A stretch of DNA of 64,000 bases, from the NCBI GenBank assembly GCA_001793895.1, contig MGIT01000001.1, positions 106,508 to 170,507 on the forward strand, read 5' to 3'. Shown piece by piece: positions 61,340 through 64,000 of this stretch (the stretch's first letter is position 1; every line of letters begins with the position of its first letter). The DNA comes from Candidatus Wolfebacteria bacterium RIFOXYB1_FULL_54_12 (GTDB taxonomy: Bacteria; Patescibacteriota; Minisyncoccia; UBA6257; UBA9933). The position numbers and the translations under genes are program-made. Under the pieces are notes generated by a model that saw only the letters and a program-made list of their open reading frames with translations, was not told the DNA's origin and searched no databases.

Positions 61340-64000
61340 GACTCAATAACAAGATTAATGAGACGGTCGGGCACAAAAATGACCTTTTTGATTTGCATGC
61401 CGGGAGCGGCATCGAACACCTTTTTCGAAGCAAGCGCAAGTTCACGCGCACGCTCCTGCGTGATTCCCTTCGATACGCGCACGGTATCGCGCGTCTTTCC
61501 GTTGATCTGCACTACCAATTCAAATTCGTCTTCAGCCACCAGCCGGGTATTGTATTTAGGCCATGCCGCAATGTGAACGGACGTCTTTTTTCCCAGCACG
61601 CTCCGATATAGCTCTTCGGAAAAATGCGGGGCAAAAGGGGCAAGCATGATCAGAAATTGCTCCAGCGTTTCGGCATCGATCGCATCGCGTCGGTCTTCCA
61701 TGGCGTTGAGCAGTATCATCAACGCACTGACTGCCGTATTAAACCGAAACTCGCCGACATCTTCCCCTACCTTTTTAATGGTCTGATGCAATATCTTTTT
61801 CAATGAGGCACTCGCAGCAACCTGCCTTGCGGAAGATGCGTGCTTCCTATGCGCGTCAAACAGCCGCTCGACGCGTTGCAAAAACCGGGCAATGCCGACC
61901 ATTCCTCCGGGTTGCCATGGCCCGCCCTGATCATACGGCCCCATAAAACACAGGTACATGCGCACGGCATCGGCACCAAACGTATCCACCAGATCATCAG
62001 GATCGATGACATTGCCTTTCGACTTGGACATTTTCTGTCCATCGGGACCGAGAATCGTGCCTTGGTGCCGCAGCGCAGTAAACGGCTCTTTAAACTTAAA
62101 AAGCTTAAGGTCATGCAATACCTTGGTAAAGAAACGTGCGTAGAGCAAATGCATTACGGAATGCTCGGCTCCGCCGACATACATATCGGCCGGCAACCAC
62201 GCCGCAAGCTTCTTTTCATCGGCAAACCGCTTCGCATTATGCGGGTCGGGATAGCGCAGATAATACCACGACGAACACATGAACGTGTCCATGGTATCGG
62301 TCTCGCGCGCACCCTTTCCTTTGCATCGCGGGCAGGGAGCATTCACGAATGCTTTCGAATGCGCCAAGGGTGATTTTCCTTCTTCGGTCGGCAAATAGTT
62401 TTTTACCGTCGGCAACAACACCGGAAGCGCTTTTTCGGTAACACCGATCCAGCCGGGGTTTGCGAGTTCGCCTTTGGTAAACTCGCCCTTTTTATATTCA
62501 CCTGATTCGATGCGCGCCTTGCAATGTGCGCAAAATACAAGCGGAATGGGAGAGCCCCAATAGCGCTGGCGCGATATGAGCCAATCACGGAGCTTATAAT
62601 TTACCTTCCCCGTTCCGCGCCGCTCATGCTCAAGCCACGCCGTCATATGCGTGCGGGCCGCGGCCGAATCCATGCCGGTAAACGATTCGGAATCGACAAG
62701 TACGCCGTCTTCGGCCATGCACCCGTCGGCTGGCGCGGCATCTTTTGCGACAACAGAGGTCTTGATAGGCAGCTTGAACTGCTTCGCAAATGCAAGATCA
62801 CGCTCGTCATGCGCGGGAACGGCCATAACGGCACCCGTACCATAGCCACCCAAAACATAGTCGGCAACAAATACCGGCACGCGCTCGCCCGTAAATGGAT
62901 TGATCGCCTTGATCCCTTGCAACTCGACGCCGGTCTTTTTCTTTTCTTCGATCATGCGCTCGCGCTCCAACTTTTTACGCGCCTTTGCGACATATGCGGA
63001 AACCTCCTTGCCATTCGTTATTTGTTTTTGCAATGCGCCGATAAGCCGGTGTTCGGGAGCGACCACAACGTACGTACAGCCAAAAATGGTATCCACACGC
63101 GTAGTGAACACGTCGATGGAATCATCGACGACCGCCATATGATACATCCACATATCGGTATCATCGGCAACCTTCCTGTCGTAGTACCTGGAATATGTAT
63201 CATAGAACTCCTTTCGACTTTTAAATTTCTCGTGCCCTTCATGCGTTTCGGACACCTGTTTCATCGTTGTCTTTACCACCTTGGTGATGCGCGCCAACGC
63301 AAAGCGTTCTTTGCTTGCGTGGTTGACGAGCTGCACGATATCACCGACTTTTACCTTTTTCGGCTCAAGCCGATACGTGATGTTTTTTTCACCGGACAAC
63401 ACTAATGGAATAAGATGCGGCATGAACTTGAATGTTTCCTTGGAAATAGCCGCGTCAATCCCGTCGATCATGAACTTGACTGTCGTACCTTCGGATTTGC
63501 CGATCCAATTGCGCTGCATGGCCTTGGTCTTTTCCGGCCAATCAAGTCCGTCCAGATCCTGCAATAAACGCTCCGCATAATCGGTGATCTTCAAAAGCCA
63601 CTGGTCGATGTCGCGTTGAACGACCTCCGCTCCGCACCGGTCGCACTTGCCGTCGATGACCTGTTCATTTGCAAGAACGGTCCGATCCTTCGGACACCAG
63701 TTCGCTTTCGCCTTTGTGCGGTACGCAAGTCCTGCATGGAACAACTGCAGAAACATCCATTGCGTCCATTTGTAATATTCCGGGTCGGCGGTAATGACAC
63801 GCCGATCCCAATCGTACATCGTGCCCATGTTCTCCAGCTGGGCCGTCATGGTCTTGATATTCTTGTACGTCCACGTCTTCGGATGAATGCCTCGTTTGAT
63901 GGCCGCATTTTCTGCGGGCAGACCAAACGCATCAAACCCGATTGGAGAGAGTACATTGAAACCGCTCATGCGCTTGAACCGCGTAAAAACATCCGCAGGA
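61336..64000 (-). CDS. leuS: Leucine--tRNA ligase (5' end beyond the window) with an ASCH-like insertion
   Basis: It contains FDAFGLPAEN, VFTTRVDTIFG and KMSKSKGN. The frame stays open upstream of the Met at 63969 (..ADVFTRFKRMSGFNVL). Confidence 0.93.
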   Translation of the reverse strand, partial: PADVFTRFKRMSGFNVLSPIGFDAFGLPAENAAIKRGIHPKTWTYKNIKTMTAQLENMGTMYDWDRRVITADPEYYKWTQWMFLQLFHAGLAYRTKAKANWCPKDRTVLANEQVIDGKCDRCGAEVVQRDIDQWLLKITDYAERLLQDLDGLDWPEKTKAMQRNWIGKSEGTTVKFMIDGIDAAISKETFKFMPHLIPLVLSGEKNITYRLEPKKVKVGDIVQLVNHASKERFALARITKVVKTTMKQVSETHEGHEKFKSRKEFYDTYSRYYDRKVADDTDMWMYHMAVVDDSIDVFTTRVDTIFGCTYVVVAPEHRLIGALQKQITNGKEVSAYVAKARKKLERERMIEEKKKTGVELQGIKAINPFTGERVPVFVADYVLGGYGTGAVMAVPAHDERDLAFAKQFKLPIKTSVVAKDAAPADGCMAEDGVLVDSESFTGMDSAAARTHMTAWLEHERRGTGKVNYKLRDWLISRQRYWGSPIPLVFCAHCKARIESGEYKKGEFTKGELANPGWIGVTEKALPVLLPTVKNYLPTEEGKSPLAHSKAFVNAPCPRCKGKGARETDTMDTFMCSSWYYLRYPDPHNAKRFADEKKLAAWLPADMYVGGAEHSVMHLLYARFFTKVLHDLKLFKFKEPFTALRHQGTILGPDGQKMSKSKGNVIDPDDLVDTFGADAVRMYLCFMGPYDQGGPWQPGGMVGIARFLQRVERLFDAHRKHASSARQVAASASLKKILHQTIKKVGEDVGEFRFNTAVSALMILLNAMEDRRDAIDAETLEQFLIMLAPFAPHFSEELYRSVLGKKTSVHIAAWPKYNTRLVAEDEFELVVQINGKTRDTVRVSKGITQERARELALASKKVFDAAPGMQIKKVIFVPDRLINLVIES

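Overview
This 64-kb window is densely coding, and most genes lie on the minus strand. The backbone is housekeeping. Cell envelope: ftsW/rodA-like, murA, murB, mraY, mreB, ftsQ-like, an S11 carboxypeptidase, a YkuD-M23 fusion. Translation: tsaD, mnmA, tyrS, leuS, efp, rplU, rplK. Replication and segregation: dnaB, recR, gyrB, scpA, scpB. Secretion and transcription: secD, secF, secE, nusG, an ECF sigma factor. There are six tRNAs (His, Phe, Pro, Arg, Ala, Gly). The gene content and many orphan membrane proteins fit a small-genome uncultivated bacterium, possibly Patescibacteria/CPR-like; this is inference only. No rRNA genes, CRISPR array, cas genes, transposase, integrase or reverse transcriptase were seen. 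The unusual features are as follows. (1) A pervasive family of short hairpin repeats (GTCAT-stem-loop-ATC) shows compensatory stem changes, fills most long spacers and sits in frame inside tsaD. (2) A second repeat family (GGTTAT/CCGTTAT) flanks one gene and sits in frame inside mnmA. (3) Three insertion scars have direct repeats but no recombinase: a 38-bp tRNA-Phe 3' duplication bounding a 152-nt structured tRNA-like RNA, a single-gene AT-rich islet beside tRNA-Ala, and a tight AT-rich cassette encoding an Rx4H (HEPN-like) protein flanked by a 54-bp duplication of an SDR gene 3' end. (4) Several domain architectures are odd: a LexA-type wHTH fused to a GIY-YIG-like module behind GTTCTA operator repeats, sigma-70 region 4 fused to HARE-HTH, an ASCH-like insertion in LeuRS, and a PMM/PGM lacking its catalytic domain. 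(5) A co-directional module combines a membrane protein with a VirD4/TraD-like P-loop ATPase. All calls come from reading the sequence and the ORF translations. No database search was run, and GC statements are by eye.
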